DNA from: Lysobacterales bacterium
GTDB lineage: Bacteria > Pseudomonadota > Gammaproteobacteria > Xanthomonadales > SZUA-5
DNA length: 64,000 nucleotides
Assembly: GCA_022844165.1 (NCBI GenBank)
Contig: JALHMH010000005.1
Span: 1-64,000, forward strand
Direction: 5' to 3'
In this document: in pieces, positions 1-11,114 of the stretch
Numbering within the stretch: the first letter of the stretch is position 1
Layout of the letters: every line of letters starts with the position of its first letter
The notes under the pieces: model-generated
The model's input: only the letters and a program-made list of their open reading frames with translations
What the model was told of the DNA's origin: nothing
The model's database searches: none
Made by a program: the position numbers and the translations under genes

Positions 1-298
1 ACCCGCAGCTTCAACAGCATCAGCACCTCAGTGCCCACACCATCTCTTCCGCCTTTCCAACCAACCCAACATCTCGTCAGGTGAGCCGCGCATCATAACT
101 GGGAAATGATGGCTGTCAATCAATTTCGTCTCAGGGTCTGAGACACGACAGTGTTTGTTCAGGAAATCAGCTGCGCGTGCAAACAGGACTTCGCTCGCCA
201 CGGCGGCGATCAATGCGCTTGCATCAGGGGAGGCGTGACGAGTCGAGTAGCGCTGCCGCCGCTCATCAGGGCTGCACAACGGCACATCACGGCTGCAT

Positions 299-355
299 CT
301 TGGCATTTGAGCCAAATTTTCTCGGAGCAACTTTGACTTTTGAATCCCCTTTGAG
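299..355. repeat. Copy A of a dispersed ~58-bp element (copy B at 58885-58942)
   Basis: Manual alignment gives 48/58 identical columns with 58885-58942; palindromic core ATTTG-N3-CAAAT. Confidence 0.7.
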
Positions 356-446
356 TCAAGGAACGCCGAGCGCAAGCGCTCGGCGGGGTTGTGGAGATAT
401 GCTGGTTGTTAGCGAGCAGGGCGGGTCGGTCTGAGACCAAGCCTCG

Positions 447-1043
447 TTAGTACTTGACGCTACACCCGTACGGCTGCGTGCTTGCGACGCTGACGGGTTT
501 ACCGGCATCGATTTCACCGATCGCGCGTGTGACGTACTGCGTTGCCTTCGGGATGTCGGCTTGATCGGCGCTCGGGATTGAGTCGATCGCTCCGTTGTAC
601 GCGAGCGTGCCATTGGCATCGATAACGTACATATGCGGAGTGGTCTTGGCGCCGTAGGCCTTGCCAACAGTGCCATCGGCATCGATCAAGTAAGCAGAAT
701 TCTTATGGCCATTCTCGCTCATGACTTGATTGGCGCCAGCGCCGTCCACATGGCCTTGTTTGCCTGGAGCTCCCGAGTTAATGCTGAGCCATACGACGTC
801 ATTGGCTGTCGCCGACGCCTGTTGTTGCTGCATGTTTTTAGCGCCGTAATGCTTGACGACAAACGGACACTCGTGATTAGTCCATTCCAGAACAACGGTC
901 TTACCTTTGAAGTCCGCCAGGCTGTGGGTCTTGCCATTGGAGTCGGTGAGTGTAAAGCCGGGTGCCGGCTGTCCCACCGTAGCGGCAATCGCACTGCCAG
1001 ACACGGCGAGGGCGAGTAAGGACGACAACACAGATTTCATCAT
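447..1043 (-). CDS. Exported redoxin / peroxiredoxin-like (AhpC-TSA fold) protein
   Basis: Signal peptide, APGFTLTDSNGK...GKTVVLEWTNHECPFV, YGAKTTPH, C-terminal YGCSVKY; directly downstream of the DsbD-like gene. Confidence 0.88.
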   Translation of the reverse strand: MMKSVLSSLLALAVSGSAIAATVGQPAPGFTLTDSNGKTHSLADFKGKTVVLEWTNHECPFVVKHYGAKNMQQQQASATANDVVWLSINSGAPGKQGHVDGAGANQVMSENGHKNSAYLIDADGTVGKAYGAKTTPHMYVIDANGTLAYNGAIDSIPSADQADIPKATQYVTRAIGEIDAGKPVSVASTQPYGCSVKY

Positions 1044-1069
1044 GACATCTCTCCGTAACGAATGCCGCA

Positions 1070-3220
1070 TCAGGGGTTGCGGCGGGCTGGGTCGACTGTC
1101 GCCAATGCATCGAGCACAATGTCTGGCGTCAGCAATTGCGGCAGAATTTGCGGGGCACGATTGCCCCCAGGATAGAGCACATACAGTGGCACACCAGTAC
1201 GCTCAAATTGCGCCAGATAGCGCGTGATAGCCTCGTCTCGGCGCGTCCAGTCACCTTTGACATAGGTCACGCCTTTGGCGCGTATCGCTGCTTGCACTTC
1301 GTCGCTACTGAGCGCAACGCGTTCGTTTGCAAGACACGTGATGCACCACGCGGCAGTCATATTCACGAGCACCGGCTCGCCATTCGCCACGCGAACCTGC
1401 AGTTCCTCTGAATCGAACGCAACGCTGGTCGATGACGAAACAGCAACGGCGGGCTCGTGCGCGATCGCGCGCGATAATACATAGCCACCGGCGCTGAGCG
1501 ACATCAAGGCCAGGGCTACCGAGATCCGTCCACTGTCTGGCAATCCAAACAACCATAGCGCCATCGCCAACGCCACCGCGCCGACGAGCACCTGACCCAT
1601 CGCCATCGCACCTTGCTGTTCGCCGAACACCCACAGCAACCACACAGCACTCAGGTAAAGCGGGAACGCCAGGAAATGCTTGAATCGATCCATCCATGGG
1701 CCAGGCCGCGGCAGGCGAGCTGCCAGCGCTGGGCTCAGTGTGAGGGCCAGGTACGGCAGTGCAAGACCGAATCCAAGAGCGCCGAAAATGGCCATCGAGA
1801 CAGGTACCGATTGGGTCAACGCATATCCGAGCGCTGCGGCCATCAGCGGCGCAGTACAGGGGCTGGCAACGACTGCCGCAAGTACACCGGTAAAGAACGC
1901 TGCCCGATCGCTTTCGCCATCGGTCAATGATTGACCGATGCCCATCCAACGCTCGCCTAGGGTGAAGACGCCCGACAAGCTCAGGCCCATGGCGAAAAAC
2001 AAATACGCCAATAGCGCCACCAGCCACGGCTCTTGCAACTGGAATCCCCAACCAAGGGCCTCGCCGGAAGCCCGCAAAGCCAGCAACACCCCGGCCAGCG
2101 AGAGAAAACTCAACACCACGCCCAACGTGTAAAACAGGCCATGACGCGGATGCGCGCCGCCTTGCAGGCTCAGCGCTTTCAGCGCTAACACCGGAAAAAC
2201 GCACGGCATCAAATTCAACACTGCGCCGCCGAGCAGCGCGAACAGCAAGGCCGTGCCGAGACCCAGAGACGCCTCGCCCGATGAAGTGCTCGACGATGTG
2301 GCGGTTGTACCCCGCGCCGCTGTCGCGCCGGATGCCAGGTCCACCACGTCCGCCTCGATTTGCCAGGAGCGCGACTGGGGCGGTTTGCCCTGCGTAACCA
2401 CCAGACTCATCCGCTCTGGCGCATTTTGGAAGTAGTCGCTTCGCGGCGCGATCCAACGCAAAACGCCATTGCCCGCATTGGCAGTGCCCGGCACGTTAGC
2501 CAAAATCTCTGTTTGTACCGGGAACAGATCGAACGGTTCATCGGCGACAAAGTCATCCGGAAGTTCCGCCTCAATCGTCACAGCATCGGATGCGATCTGC
2601 GCGTTGGCCGTCCCTGCACTGGCCGACGGCCAGCGCGCTTTAGCAGCGGCAAAGTCGGCGGCGTGCGGACCGGGCTCGACGCTCGGCACAACCGGCACCG
2701 ACAATGCGAGCGTCGCCGATCCGGGAATGCACTCCTCTTTACACACCAACCAATCGATCTTCAGCGATACCGGCAAACTCGCTGCTGCATAGCTGGCGGG
2801 CACCGCCAGCTCGATTGGTAGCAACTGGCGCTCGTGGTAGCCGAAATTGTAGAGACCCGATAACTCAAAACGCTCTGGATGAGGCCACGCAATCCCTGTC
2901 GCCGTCACGCCATCGGGTAACGACCATGTGAGTTTGGTCGGCAACCCCGAGTCGCCGGGGTTCACCCAGTAGGTATGCCACTCCGGAGCGTGCTCCAGTA
3001 GCACGCCCAGCCACAGAGGCTGACCACGAACGGCCGGCGTGTCGCGCACCAAACCTGTTTCCGCCACCAACGTGACCGCCAGCTCAGGCGTTTCAGCGCG
3101 TTCGGCGGCGAGCGCCACCGGCGGCAACAACATCAGCAAACCTAGCCCAAACGCTCTCACCCGAACCCCATTCTCGACTCGACCCGTCAGCAGACCGGGA
3201 ATGAGACGCGAAGTTGACAT
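1070..3220 (-). CDS. DsbD/ScsB-family thiol:disulfide interchange protein
   Basis: WHTYWVNPGDSG and CKEEC N-domain, membrane domain LNLMPCVFP / SPCTAP, thioredoxin WCITC; start uncertain. Confidence 0.92.
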   Translation of the reverse strand: MSTSRLIPGLLTGRVENGVRVRAFGLGLLMLLPPVALAAERAETPELAVTLVAETGLVRDTPAVRGQPLWLGVLLEHAPEWHTYWVNPGDSGLPTKLTWSLPDGVTATGIAWPHPERFELSGLYNFGYHERQLLPIELAVPASYAAASLPVSLKIDWLVCKEECIPGSATLALSVPVVPSVEPGPHAADFAAAKARWPSASAGTANAQIASDAVTIEAELPDDFVADEPFDLFPVQTEILANVPGTANAGNGVLRWIAPRSDYFQNAPERMSLVVTQGKPPQSRSWQIEADVVDLASGATAARGTTATSSSTSSGEASLGLGTALLFALLGGAVLNLMPCVFPVLALKALSLQGGAHPRHGLFYTLGVVLSFLSLAGVLLALRASGEALGWGFQLQEPWLVALLAYLFFAMGLSLSGVFTLGERWMGIGQSLTDGESDRAAFFTGVLAAVVASPCTAPLMAAALGYALTQSVPVSMAIFGALGFGLALPYLALTLSPALAARLPRPGPWMDRFKHFLAFPLYLSAVWLLWVFGEQQGAMAMGQVLVGAVALAMALWLFGLPDSGRISVALALMSLSAGGYVLSRAIAHEPAVAVSSSTSVAFDSEELQVRVANGEPVLVNMTAAWCITCLANERVALSSDEVQAAIRAKGVTYVKGDWTRRDEAITRYLAQFERTGVPLYVLYPGGNRAPQILPQLLTPDIVLDALATVDPARRNP

Positions 3221-3268
3221 ATCAAACGTCGTTTCGGCGTGTGCATCGGGCGATTTGGCCCGAATTGA

Positions 3269-5056
3269 TCATTTCTCTTTACGGACGACGCGCACGCTGA
3301 GTTCCTGCAGCTGCTTCTCCGGGACCTCGGATGGCGCTTCAGTGAGCGGGCATTGCGCGCTGGCAGTTTTTGGAAAAGCGATCACTTCGCGGATGGAGTC
3401 GACGCCGCACATCAGCGTGGCGATGCGGTCGATGCCAAAAGCGATGCCGCCGTGTGGTGGACAGCCGTAGCGCAGGGCTTCCAAGAGGAAGCCGAATTTG
3501 ACTTGCGCCTCATCCGCTTCGATGCCGAGAAGGTCGAACACCGCAGACTGCAATTCGGGACGGTGGATACGGATCGAGCCGCCGCCGATTTCGTTGCCGT
3601 TGAGCACCATATCGTAGCCGCGCGACAGCGCGTCACCGGGATTCGCTTTGAGCGTGGCGACATCGTCGATGGACGGCGCGGTGAACGGATGGTGCAGGCT
3701 CATCCAGCGATTTTCGCCAGCGTCGAACTCGAACATTGGGAAGTCGACCACCCACAACGGCCGCCATCCGTCCTGCACGAGTTTCATGTCACGGCCCACG
3801 GCCAGGCGCAGCGCACCCATGAATTCGGAGACGATTTTGTATGGGCCGGCGCCGAAGAAGATGATGTCGCCACTGGTCGCGCCGGTAGCGGCGACGATGC
3901 CGTTAAGGGCGTCATCGCTTAGGAACTTGGTGATCGGGCTGGTCATGCCCTCGCGACCCTTCGCGAGATCGTCAATACGAATCCAAGCCAGGCCCTTGGC
4001 GCCGTAGCGCGCCACATACGGGCCATAGTCGTCGATTTGCTTTCTCGTGAGCGTCGCGGCACCCGGCACGAGCAATGCAGCAACGCGACCACCCGAATCG
4101 TTGGCCGGGCCGCTGAACACCTTGAAGTCGCTGGTCTTGACGTAATCTGCAACGTCGACCAGTTCCAGTGCGATACGCAGATCCGGTTTGTCCGAACCAA
4201 AGCGTTGCATCGCTTCGGAATACGGCATACGCGGGAACGGGTTCTCGAGCTCCACGCCAACGACCGTGCGGAACACGTGGCGGATCAGATCCTCGACACG
4301 ATCCTGCACGTCGTGCTCGCGTACGAACGCCATTTCAATATCGAGCTGGGTAAACTCCGGCTGCCGATCGGCGCGTAAATCCTCATCTCGGAAGCAACGC
4401 GCGATCTGATAGTAGCGATCCATACCGGCCATCATCAGGATCTGCTTGAAGAGCTGCGGCGATTGCGGCAACGCATAGAACTGGCCAGGATTGACGCGGC
4501 TCGGCACCAAATAGTCGCGCGCGCCCTCAGGCGTAGCCTTGGTCAGAATCGGCGTTTCGATATCCTGGAAATCCTGCGCGTCGAGGTAGCGGCGGATTTC
4601 TTGAACCAGTCGTGTGCGCAATCGCAGCTGCCTTTGCATTGCGCCACGGCGGATATCGAGATATCGATAGCGCAAGCGCGCCTCTTCGCCGGGCGTTTCG
4701 TCGAGCATGAATGGCAGTGAAGCGGAGGCGTTCAGTACTTCAACGCTCCACGCCACGACTTCGATTTTCCCGGTTGCGAGGCGCTCGTTGATCTGCGAGC
4801 CAGATCGCGCCCGAACAGTTCCGACAACGCGTAAGCAATACTCGTAGCGCACGCGGTCCGCAACGGAAAATGCACTGTCGTTAGTCGGTTCAACAACGAC
4901 TTGTACGATCCCGGCATGGTCTCGGAGATCGATGAAAGTAGCATTGGGATGCTGCCGCCGCGAATCCGCCCAGCCACAAAGCACGACCTCATTGCCGATC
5001 TGGGACTCATCGATGCGACCACACAAATGGCTACGGTACGAAGTGCTCTGACTCAT
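3269..5056 (-). CDS. aspS: Aspartate--tRNA ligase
   Basis: [64 protein letters not shown]. Confidence 0.98.
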   Translation of the reverse strand: MSQSTSYRSHLCGRIDESQIGNEVVLCGWADSRRQHPNATFIDLRDHAGIVQVVVEPTNDSAFSVADRVRYEYCLRVVGTVRARSGSQINERLATGKIEVVAWSVEVLNASASLPFMLDETPGEEARLRYRYLDIRRGAMQRQLRLRTRLVQEIRRYLDAQDFQDIETPILTKATPEGARDYLVPSRVNPGQFYALPQSPQLFKQILMMAGMDRYYQIARCFRDEDLRADRQPEFTQLDIEMAFVREHDVQDRVEDLIRHVFRTVVGVELENPFPRMPYSEAMQRFGSDKPDLRIALELVDVADYVKTSDFKVFSGPANDSGGRVAALLVPGAATLTRKQIDDYGPYVARYGAKGLAWIRIDDLAKGREGMTSPITKFLSDDALNGIVAATGATSGDIIFFGAGPYKIVSEFMGALRLAVGRDMKLVQDGWRPLWVVDFPMFEFDAGENRWMSLHHPFTAPSIDDVATLKANPGDALSRGYDMVLNGNEIGGGSIRIHRPELQSAVFDLLGIEADEAQVKFGFLLEALRYGCPPHGGIAFGIDRIATLMCGVDSIREVIAFPKTASAQCPLTEAPSEVPEKQLQELSVRVVRKEK

Positions 5057-5173
5057 GAGTTTGCGCTTTGGCGACGTGAAAGGGCGCGGATGGTAGCGCA
5101 ATGAGACTAGAGTTCGGCAGCTTGACACTGGACGTGGTATTGCTTGCATTTCGGAAAACACACCTCAAGAACT

Positions 5174-6700
5174 ATGATCAAGCTGATTGTTTTTTTGCTC
5201 GGGTTATCTCTCGCTACAACGTGTGCCGCACGACCTTCGTTGTTTCTGATCGGCGGGCAACTGCAGACATGCGCCAGCAATGCCCCCGAGGCTTGCAACA
5301 ATGGCTCGTTCCCGGTCGGCGCCAATCAATTGGCCCGGCGCTATCGGATCGACCGCGCCGGCATCGACCGACTGCAAACAGGTTGGCATGGCCAGCGTGA
5401 CGAAATACGCGATGCGGTGACGGCTGCGCTGTCTGAGGGTACCGCCGAAGTCGCCGGTGACGTAGATCAGTTGGGGCTTAGGGGCGTCATTGGGCCAGTG
5501 TGGGAACGGCTTGCCACCTTCGAACGCGAGCGCATCTTCGACGCGTTGGAGCTGGCGCCGGAAAACGAAAGGAGCCAACTGGCCGCCACTGTCAGTCCGC
5601 ACTCGCTGGCCATCGTCAACAGTTTTACCTCGATGGCGCGCGAAGTGTCGATGCGCGGTCGGCCACGAATTTTGGTCGTCACCGCATCCAGTCGCGATCC
5701 TTTTGCTTCCATTGACTTCTATACCGAACTCTTCGCGCAGACGGACGCCAAAGTGCTTTGGTTGCCAATGGATGCCGCGTTGCGGAAGGCACAAGCGAAC
5801 CCGGGGACGGACTGTGAACGCCTCGATGAACTGCGAGCAGACCTGGGTGCCGCGCACGATCGTGCACGACTCTATCCCGCGAATGCCAGCCAGTTGCAGA
5901 GCGCTTGTCTGAATCCAACGATATTGTCCGACTTGCTCTTGTGGACCGATTCTGTGTTCTTCAATGGCGGCGATCAGAGCTTTACGCGCGCTGCGTGGTT
6001 CAATACCGACGGCACGCCATCGGCCGAACTCATCCTGCTGCGCCAGCGCCATTCGGCTGGCCAAATTATGATCGGCGGCACCAGCGCTGGTGCCGCCGTG
6101 CAGGCATACTCCAAAGCGATGATGGTGAGCGGCCAAGATCAGATTGGTCACGCAAAGGCGACGACGGCTTTGCCTCCGCTGTTGGGATGCACTGCAGCGG
6201 GCGTCTGCCATGAGGACGAGTTTTCGCTGCTCTATCACCCAGGCGGTGGCTTGAACACCTTTGATCTGGGTGTGGTCGATACTCACTTTTCCGAACGTGG
6301 TCGCGAGTGGCGTCTGGCACGGCTGTTGATTGACGCCGATCTCCAGCTGGGCTTGGGCATCGACGAAACTACAGCTGTGCGTCTGGATAGAACCGAATCG
6401 GGCTTTGACGCGCGCGTTATTGGAGCGGGGTCGGTATCGGTAATGCAACTTCGCACGTCCGATGTCGTCATCCACCGCTATGCCGACGGCGCCTCATTTG
6501 CGTTACCGAATGAGGCCAACGACATCCGTTGCAAAGGCAAAGCGCTGGCACAAAAGAGCGCGGCCGTCGACAGTTTCGAGTTGCGCAAAGCGCTGGATGC
6601 TGCCAGCAAATCGTTGCGCCCGACACCGATACAGATTGGCGGCCAGGCTGTCGGGCAAGCTTGCGGCAGAGACGGCGCGACGGTGTTGAAACTCGACTGA
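5174..6700 (+). CDS. Secreted cyanophycinase-like serine peptidase (S51, CphE-like)
   Basis: Signal peptide, LFLIGG, FFNGGDQS, nucleophile motif GTSAGA, VVDTHFSERGREWRL, GIDETT. Confidence 0.85.
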   Translation: MIKLIVFLLGLSLATTCAARPSLFLIGGQLQTCASNAPEACNNGSFPVGANQLARRYRIDRAGIDRLQTGWHGQRDEIRDAVTAALSEGTAEVAGDVDQLGLRGVIGPVWERLATFERERIFDALELAPENERSQLAATVSPHSLAIVNSFTSMAREVSMRGRPRILVVTASSRDPFASIDFYTELFAQTDAKVLWLPMDAALRKAQANPGTDCERLDELRADLGAAHDRARLYPANASQLQSACLNPTILSDLLLWTDSVFFNGGDQSFTRAAWFNTDGTPSAELILLRQRHSAGQIMIGGTSAGAAVQAYSKAMMVSGQDQIGHAKATTALPPLLGCTAAGVCHEDEFSLLYHPGGGLNTFDLGVVDTHFSERGREWRLARLLIDADLQLGLGIDETTAVRLDRTESGFDARVIGAGSVSVMQLRTSDVVIHRYADGASFALPNEANDIRCKGKALAQKSAAVDSFELRKALDAASKSLRPTPIQIGGQAVGQACGRDGATVLKLD

Positions 6701-6702
6701 AG

Positions 6703-7074
6703 CTACGTCTGAGCACAGAAGAAATTCAACTTGTTGCCATCCAGATCGCGGATGTAGGCGCAGTAGAAGGCATCGCCGCGTGGCCCGGGATCTCCCTCGT
6801 TGCTGGCGCCAAGTTCCAGCGCTTTGTTGTGTAGCGCACGCGCTTGTTCCGGCGATCGCACAGCCAAAGACACCATCGATCCGTTACCGATGGTGGCTGC
6901 CTCTTTGTTGAAGGGCAGCGCGATGCCGAAGGCTGGTTGATGTGGGGCGACGGTCCAGGCGATCAGTCGCTCGAGTGTCATCAGGCGCACCGCACCCATA
7001 TCGGCCAGCAAAGCATCGTAAAACACTGCCGCTCGCTGCAAATCGTTAGTTCCTACCAAAACATACCCGATCAT
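6703..7074 (-). CDS. VOC / glyoxalase family protein
   Basis: MIGYVLVGTNDL, ATIGNGSMV, FYCAYIRDLDGNKLNF. Confidence 0.9.
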   Translation of the reverse strand: MIGYVLVGTNDLQRAAVFYDALLADMGAVRLMTLERLIAWTVAPHQPAFGIALPFNKEAATIGNGSMVSLAVRSPEQARALHNKALELGASNEGDPGPRGDAFYCAYIRDLDGNKLNFFCAQT

Positions 7075-7331
7075 GACTTGTCTCCTTCGTTTCTTGAGTG
7101 CTCGTTGATACGCAGTTGGGTGCCGGGTGAAAAGGGCCGAATCGGACAGGTCCATCGTCCGATCGGATCTTGTCTCGAACTGAACTGTGTCAGACGCGCC
7201 GCTAAGCTCCCAGTGGATGAACACGCGGCTGTCGGATTTCGCCACTACAATTGCGCATTCGCCGCTACGCACCATTGTCGTTACGGCGCAAAGTGTGCGC
7301 ACCGGGTGTCCGGTGAAATGGGTGCAGAATC

Positions 7332-7730
7332 ATGATTACGTTGAGTCTCGTGCTTGCCGCAACGCTCGGGGTGAGCCCTGCAGAACAAGCCGATGGCGCG
7401 CCTGTGTATGTCGCAGGCGGGCAGTACACAGCTACGCTGTCGCAATCGAGTGGTCGCTGGCAATTGATGCCAATGACTGGCAATGACGCCACCGTGCTTA
7501 GTCACTGCTTACAAGAAACTCACCTTCCGCCAGGGATTTGGCTGATCAATCGCAATACACAGGGAGAAGCCGAGCTGATCGCACCATCGGGAACGGCACT
7601 ACCACCGGGATATCGCGATCGCGTACCTCTGGCGTCCTGCGATTCGCGTGTCGAAGATGCTCTGCGGGCACCCGCTGAACTGGTCGATTGGCTGGTAGAA
7701 CACACTGGCGCTGTGTGGATCGGCGAATGA
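7332..7730 (+). CDS. Hypothetical exported protein
   Basis: Signal peptide, two Cys, stop overlaps start of next gene (ATGA). Confidence 0.7.
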   Translation: MITLSLVLAATLGVSPAEQADGAPVYVAGGQYTATLSQSSGRWQLMPMTGNDATVLSHCLQETHLPPGIWLINRNTQGEAELIAPSGTALPPGYRDRVPLASCDSRVEDALRAPAELVDWLVEHTGAVWIGE

Positions 7731-8728
7731 ACGCACCTTTGCTTCGACTTGGCGTGCTTGTCCACGATGGATGTTTGCTGTCGAGCATTGGTGACCCCAT
7801 TGATGCTCTGAGCATCGCTGAGCGAATTGCGCAACTGCGGCAGCCTCGGGCGGAACCAAGGTTCGTAACGCATGTGCTCAACGCTCGCGGCAAAACAGCG
7901 ATTGCCTCGGCATCTGGCGTCGGCGTAACCGGCGTCAGTGCCGAGACACCCGACTTAGACGTGCTCCTGGTCACCGGCACCATGGGTGAACACCCGCGTG
8001 GACTTTACGACCCACACGCGATGCACGCCGAAATCGACTACATTCGCGCGATGCACGCTCGCGGCGTGCGCATTGCCGCTGCTTGCAGCGGCACGCTGTT
8101 GCTCGCGGCAACGGGCCTTCTTGATGGCAAGAACGCCACCACCAGCTGGTGGCTGGGAGCGCACTTTCGCCAGCACTTTCCAAAGGTGAAATTGCAAATC
8201 GACCAGATCTCAGTCGAAGACGGGCAAATCACCACAGCGGGTGCGGCCACTGCGACGTTGAACCTCATCGTCCGGCTGATTGGCGAGGTGGCGGGTCAGG
8301 AGTTGGCGTCTCAAGTGGGCCGCATGCTGATCATCGATAGCGAACGCCAAAGTCAGGCGCCCTATGTGAGCATGGCTCTGCTCGACCGACCCAGAACTTC
8401 GCTCGCGGAAAAAGCCGAGCACGTGCTGCGCCGCACGCTCGATGACGACATCAGCGTCGGTTTTCTGGCAGAGCAGTGCGGCACCAGTGAACGCAACCTG
8501 CTGCGCCATTTTAAGGCGCACTATGGCTGCTCACCGCTCGAGTACATTCAACGTCTGCGCGTTGAGCGCGCCAAAGCGTTGTTGGAAACCACGCATCTGG
8601 GTTTCGAAGAAGTCGTCGAACGCTGCGGCTATCGTGACGCGTCAAGCTTTCGCAAGCTCTTTAAGCGCGCGACCTCACTCACGCCAAACGATTATCGCGA
8701 GCGCTTCAGATTGCGGGCGCGGCATTGA
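7727..8728 (+). CDS. GlxA/FtrA-family AraC regulator (DJ-1/PfpI + HTH)
   Basis: AACSGTLLLAATGLLDGKNATTSW; C-terminal AraC HTHs SERNLLRHFK and CGYRDASSFRKLFKR. Confidence 0.93.
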   Translation: MNAPLLRLGVLVHDGCLLSSIGDPIDALSIAERIAQLRQPRAEPRFVTHVLNARGKTAIASASGVGVTGVSAETPDLDVLLVTGTMGEHPRGLYDPHAMHAEIDYIRAMHARGVRIAAACSGTLLLAATGLLDGKNATTSWWLGAHFRQHFPKVKLQIDQISVEDGQITTAGAATATLNLIVRLIGEVAGQELASQVGRMLIIDSERQSQAPYVSMALLDRPRTSLAEKAEHVLRRTLDDDISVGFLAEQCGTSERNLLRHFKAHYGCSPLEYIQRLRVERAKALLETTHLGFEEVVERCGYRDASSFRKLFKRATSLTPNDYRERFRLRARH

Positions 8729-8932
8729 GCCGTCCTGCTGACCGCGCGCGGTGTGGCCTGGGTCGCCAGGCACACAAGCAAACCTGGGCCAGTCGGTGCG
8801 CGACTTGACCAAAGTATCCGGGTCCTGCGAGTGAAGCCTCGCCAATACCTACGTCAATTCTTCAAGCGAAATCGGCCATTCGGCCTCTAACAGGAATATA
8901 ACCGGGGTACTTTAGCGATCAAGAACACGATT

Positions 8933-10975
8933 GTGCGCGCCGAACGAGAGTCCAGTCCGATTGCTTCGCAAGCCGCTCTCGTCGGCACACCTGAGGCAGC
9001 TCCGTTTACGCAAAACGTAACAGATTCAGATCTTTTGTTCTTGCCGCCGAATCTGGAGGCGGAACTCCTTCGACACGCATTGTTGAATCAACGTCCGTTA
9101 CTCGTCGTCAATTTCCTGGCGGCCTGCGGCTTTACGTATCTGGCCTGGACTGAATTGGGCATCGCTGTTGGCGCGTGGCTGGTGCTGATGGCGCTGATTT
9201 CCAGTTTGCGTTGGACAGCTGGCATGACGTTGTATCGCTCGCAGCTTCGACGAGAACGTCGTTGGGGTTGGTCGGATGCCATTGCGCTTCGCGTTTTTTA
9301 TGCCGGTTACGTCGCCTCCCCTTTTGCCTGGGCCGCCATGGTTGTCTGGGCCATCCCGTTGTTGGAACCCTTCACTTTGCTGGCACTGATCGTCGTTCTG
9401 GCTGCACTTGTCGGTGGCGCCACGGGCGTGTTGGCGCCATTGCGATACCTGGGCCAGGTCAACATGTTTCTTTTGCTGGTTCCTGGCAGTTTTCGATTGC
9501 TCAGCCTGGACCCGCCGCAGTGGATTCTGGCACTGCTGGGCGTGGTCTTCGCTGGCGTCGCGATGATCAGCCATCGCTTCAATAACGACCTCTTGCGGCG
9601 GGCCCTGACGCTCCAGCATCGCAACGACTTTTTGCTGCAACGCGTATCGGAGTCCAACGCGGCGATTCTCGAAGCCAATGCGGAACTTGAGTCCCGAGTA
9701 GAAGCGCGAACCATCGAACTTCGCGAGTTGTCTCAACGCGACCTGCTGACAGGCTTGCTCAATCGTCGCGGGCTTGTCGACCTGTTACGCCATTTCGATG
9801 AGCGCCAGACACCCCTGGCAGTCTTGTTCATCGATCTCAACGGGTTCAAACAAGTCAACGACGGGCTTGGTCATGAAGCCGGTGATGAAGTACTTCGGAT
9901 TGCCGCCAGGCAACTGGCCACAGCCGTCCCGATGGACGCCAGCATCGGTCGATGGGGCGGCGACGAATTTGTACTGATCTGGCCGGCCCGGGTCGCTACG
10001 GAAGCGTTGATATCACTCGGTCATCACCTGCGAACGGCGCTGGCGGTACCGATTCTCGTTGGTGACGAACGCGTGCAGCTTGGCGCTACCATCGGTTATG
10101 CAATTCGCGGCGCCAACGAAACAGGCGCGGAGCTGGTGACCGCAGCTGACCTGGCAACGGCAGAGGCACGTCGGAACGATCAAGGGGGAATTGCCGGTTT
10201 CGAACCAGGCCTCGCCGTTGTGCAACAGCGGCGACTGCAAATCGTCGGCGGACTCCGAACCGCCGTTGATGACCAGAGCCTCTGGCTGGCGTACCAGCCG
10301 ATCGTTTTTGCCGGCAGCGATAAATTGCATTCACTGGAGGCACTGATGCGCTGGACATCGCCTCGATTGGGAGTCGTTGGTCCGGACGAGTTTATCGCCA
10401 TCGCGGAGGACTCTGACCGCATTCAACAATTGGGCGATTGGGCACTACGACGAGCTTTGGCCGATTGCCTTGCGGCAGGCGCAGAAGGACCGCCGCAAAT
10501 CTGTGTCAACGTGTCAATTCGACAACTGGCTTGGGACGGCTTCTATGCATCCGTTGTCGCGGCACTCTCCGAGCTTGGGTTTGCACCTGAGCGACTGGTG
10601 CTTGAAGTCACTGAGTCGGTATTCGAAGACCGCAACAGCCATCGCACATTGAGCGCCCTTCGCGCGCTGGCAAACCTGGGCGTGCGCATCCACGTCGACG
10701 ACTTCGGGTCTGGCTACTCATCCTTGGGCAGTCTCCACAACTTTCCGCTGCACGCGATCAAGATCGATCGAATTTTCGTCGAGCGGCTGGATACCCAGTC
10801 GCGCTCGGTGATTGAAGCCGCCGTGCTGATCGCCAGGGGCCACGGCTTGGAAGTCATCGCTGAGGGGATCGAAACGGCAGAGCAAGCGCGGGTGCTTCAC
10901 GATCTTGGCGTCGACGCTCTGCAAGGGTACTACTTCGGCCGACCGCAACCGGCCCTCCTTTCGCCGCGACGATGA
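8933..10975 (+). CDS. Membrane-bound diguanylate cyclase/phosphodiesterase (GGDEF-EAL)
   Basis: Several TM helices, DLLTGLLNRR, RWGGDEF, YQPIV, EAL, DDFGSGYS; start uncertain. Confidence 0.93.
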   Translation: MRAERESSPIASQAALVGTPEAAPFTQNVTDSDLLFLPPNLEAELLRHALLNQRPLLVVNFLAACGFTYLAWTELGIAVGAWLVLMALISSLRWTAGMTLYRSQLRRERRWGWSDAIALRVFYAGYVASPFAWAAMVVWAIPLLEPFTLLALIVVLAALVGGATGVLAPLRYLGQVNMFLLLVPGSFRLLSLDPPQWILALLGVVFAGVAMISHRFNNDLLRRALTLQHRNDFLLQRVSESNAAILEANAELESRVEARTIELRELSQRDLLTGLLNRRGLVDLLRHFDERQTPLAVLFIDLNGFKQVNDGLGHEAGDEVLRIAARQLATAVPMDASIGRWGGDEFVLIWPARVATEALISLGHHLRTALAVPILVGDERVQLGATIGYAIRGANETGAELVTAADLATAEARRNDQGGIAGFEPGLAVVQQRRLQIVGGLRTAVDDQSLWLAYQPIVFAGSDKLHSLEALMRWTSPRLGVVGPDEFIAIAEDSDRIQQLGDWALRRALADCLAAGAEGPPQICVNVSIRQLAWDGFYASVVAALSELGFAPERLVLEVTESVFEDRNSHRTLSALRALANLGVRIHVDDFGSGYSSLGSLHNFPLHAIKIDRIFVERLDTQSRSVIEAAVLIARGHGLEVIAEGIETAEQARVLHDLGVDALQGYYFGRPQPALLSPRR

Positions 10976-11114
10976 GCTTCGCGGCGTTTCGAGGTTCCTG
11001 GCGACAACATTTGTCATTTCGCACGAAGTCTCCCGAAGAACCTGCCTGGCAACGGCGCGCAGCTTGCGCGACTCTCGTAGCATCCCCCTCGCCTTCTCTC
11101 AGAATTCTCCACCC

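Noticed and set aside
28-375. 115-aa ORF at window start
   Set aside because: No recognisable motif, overlaps the dispersed repeat and a hairpin (GTCTCAG-GGT-CTGAGAC); probably non-coding or decayed
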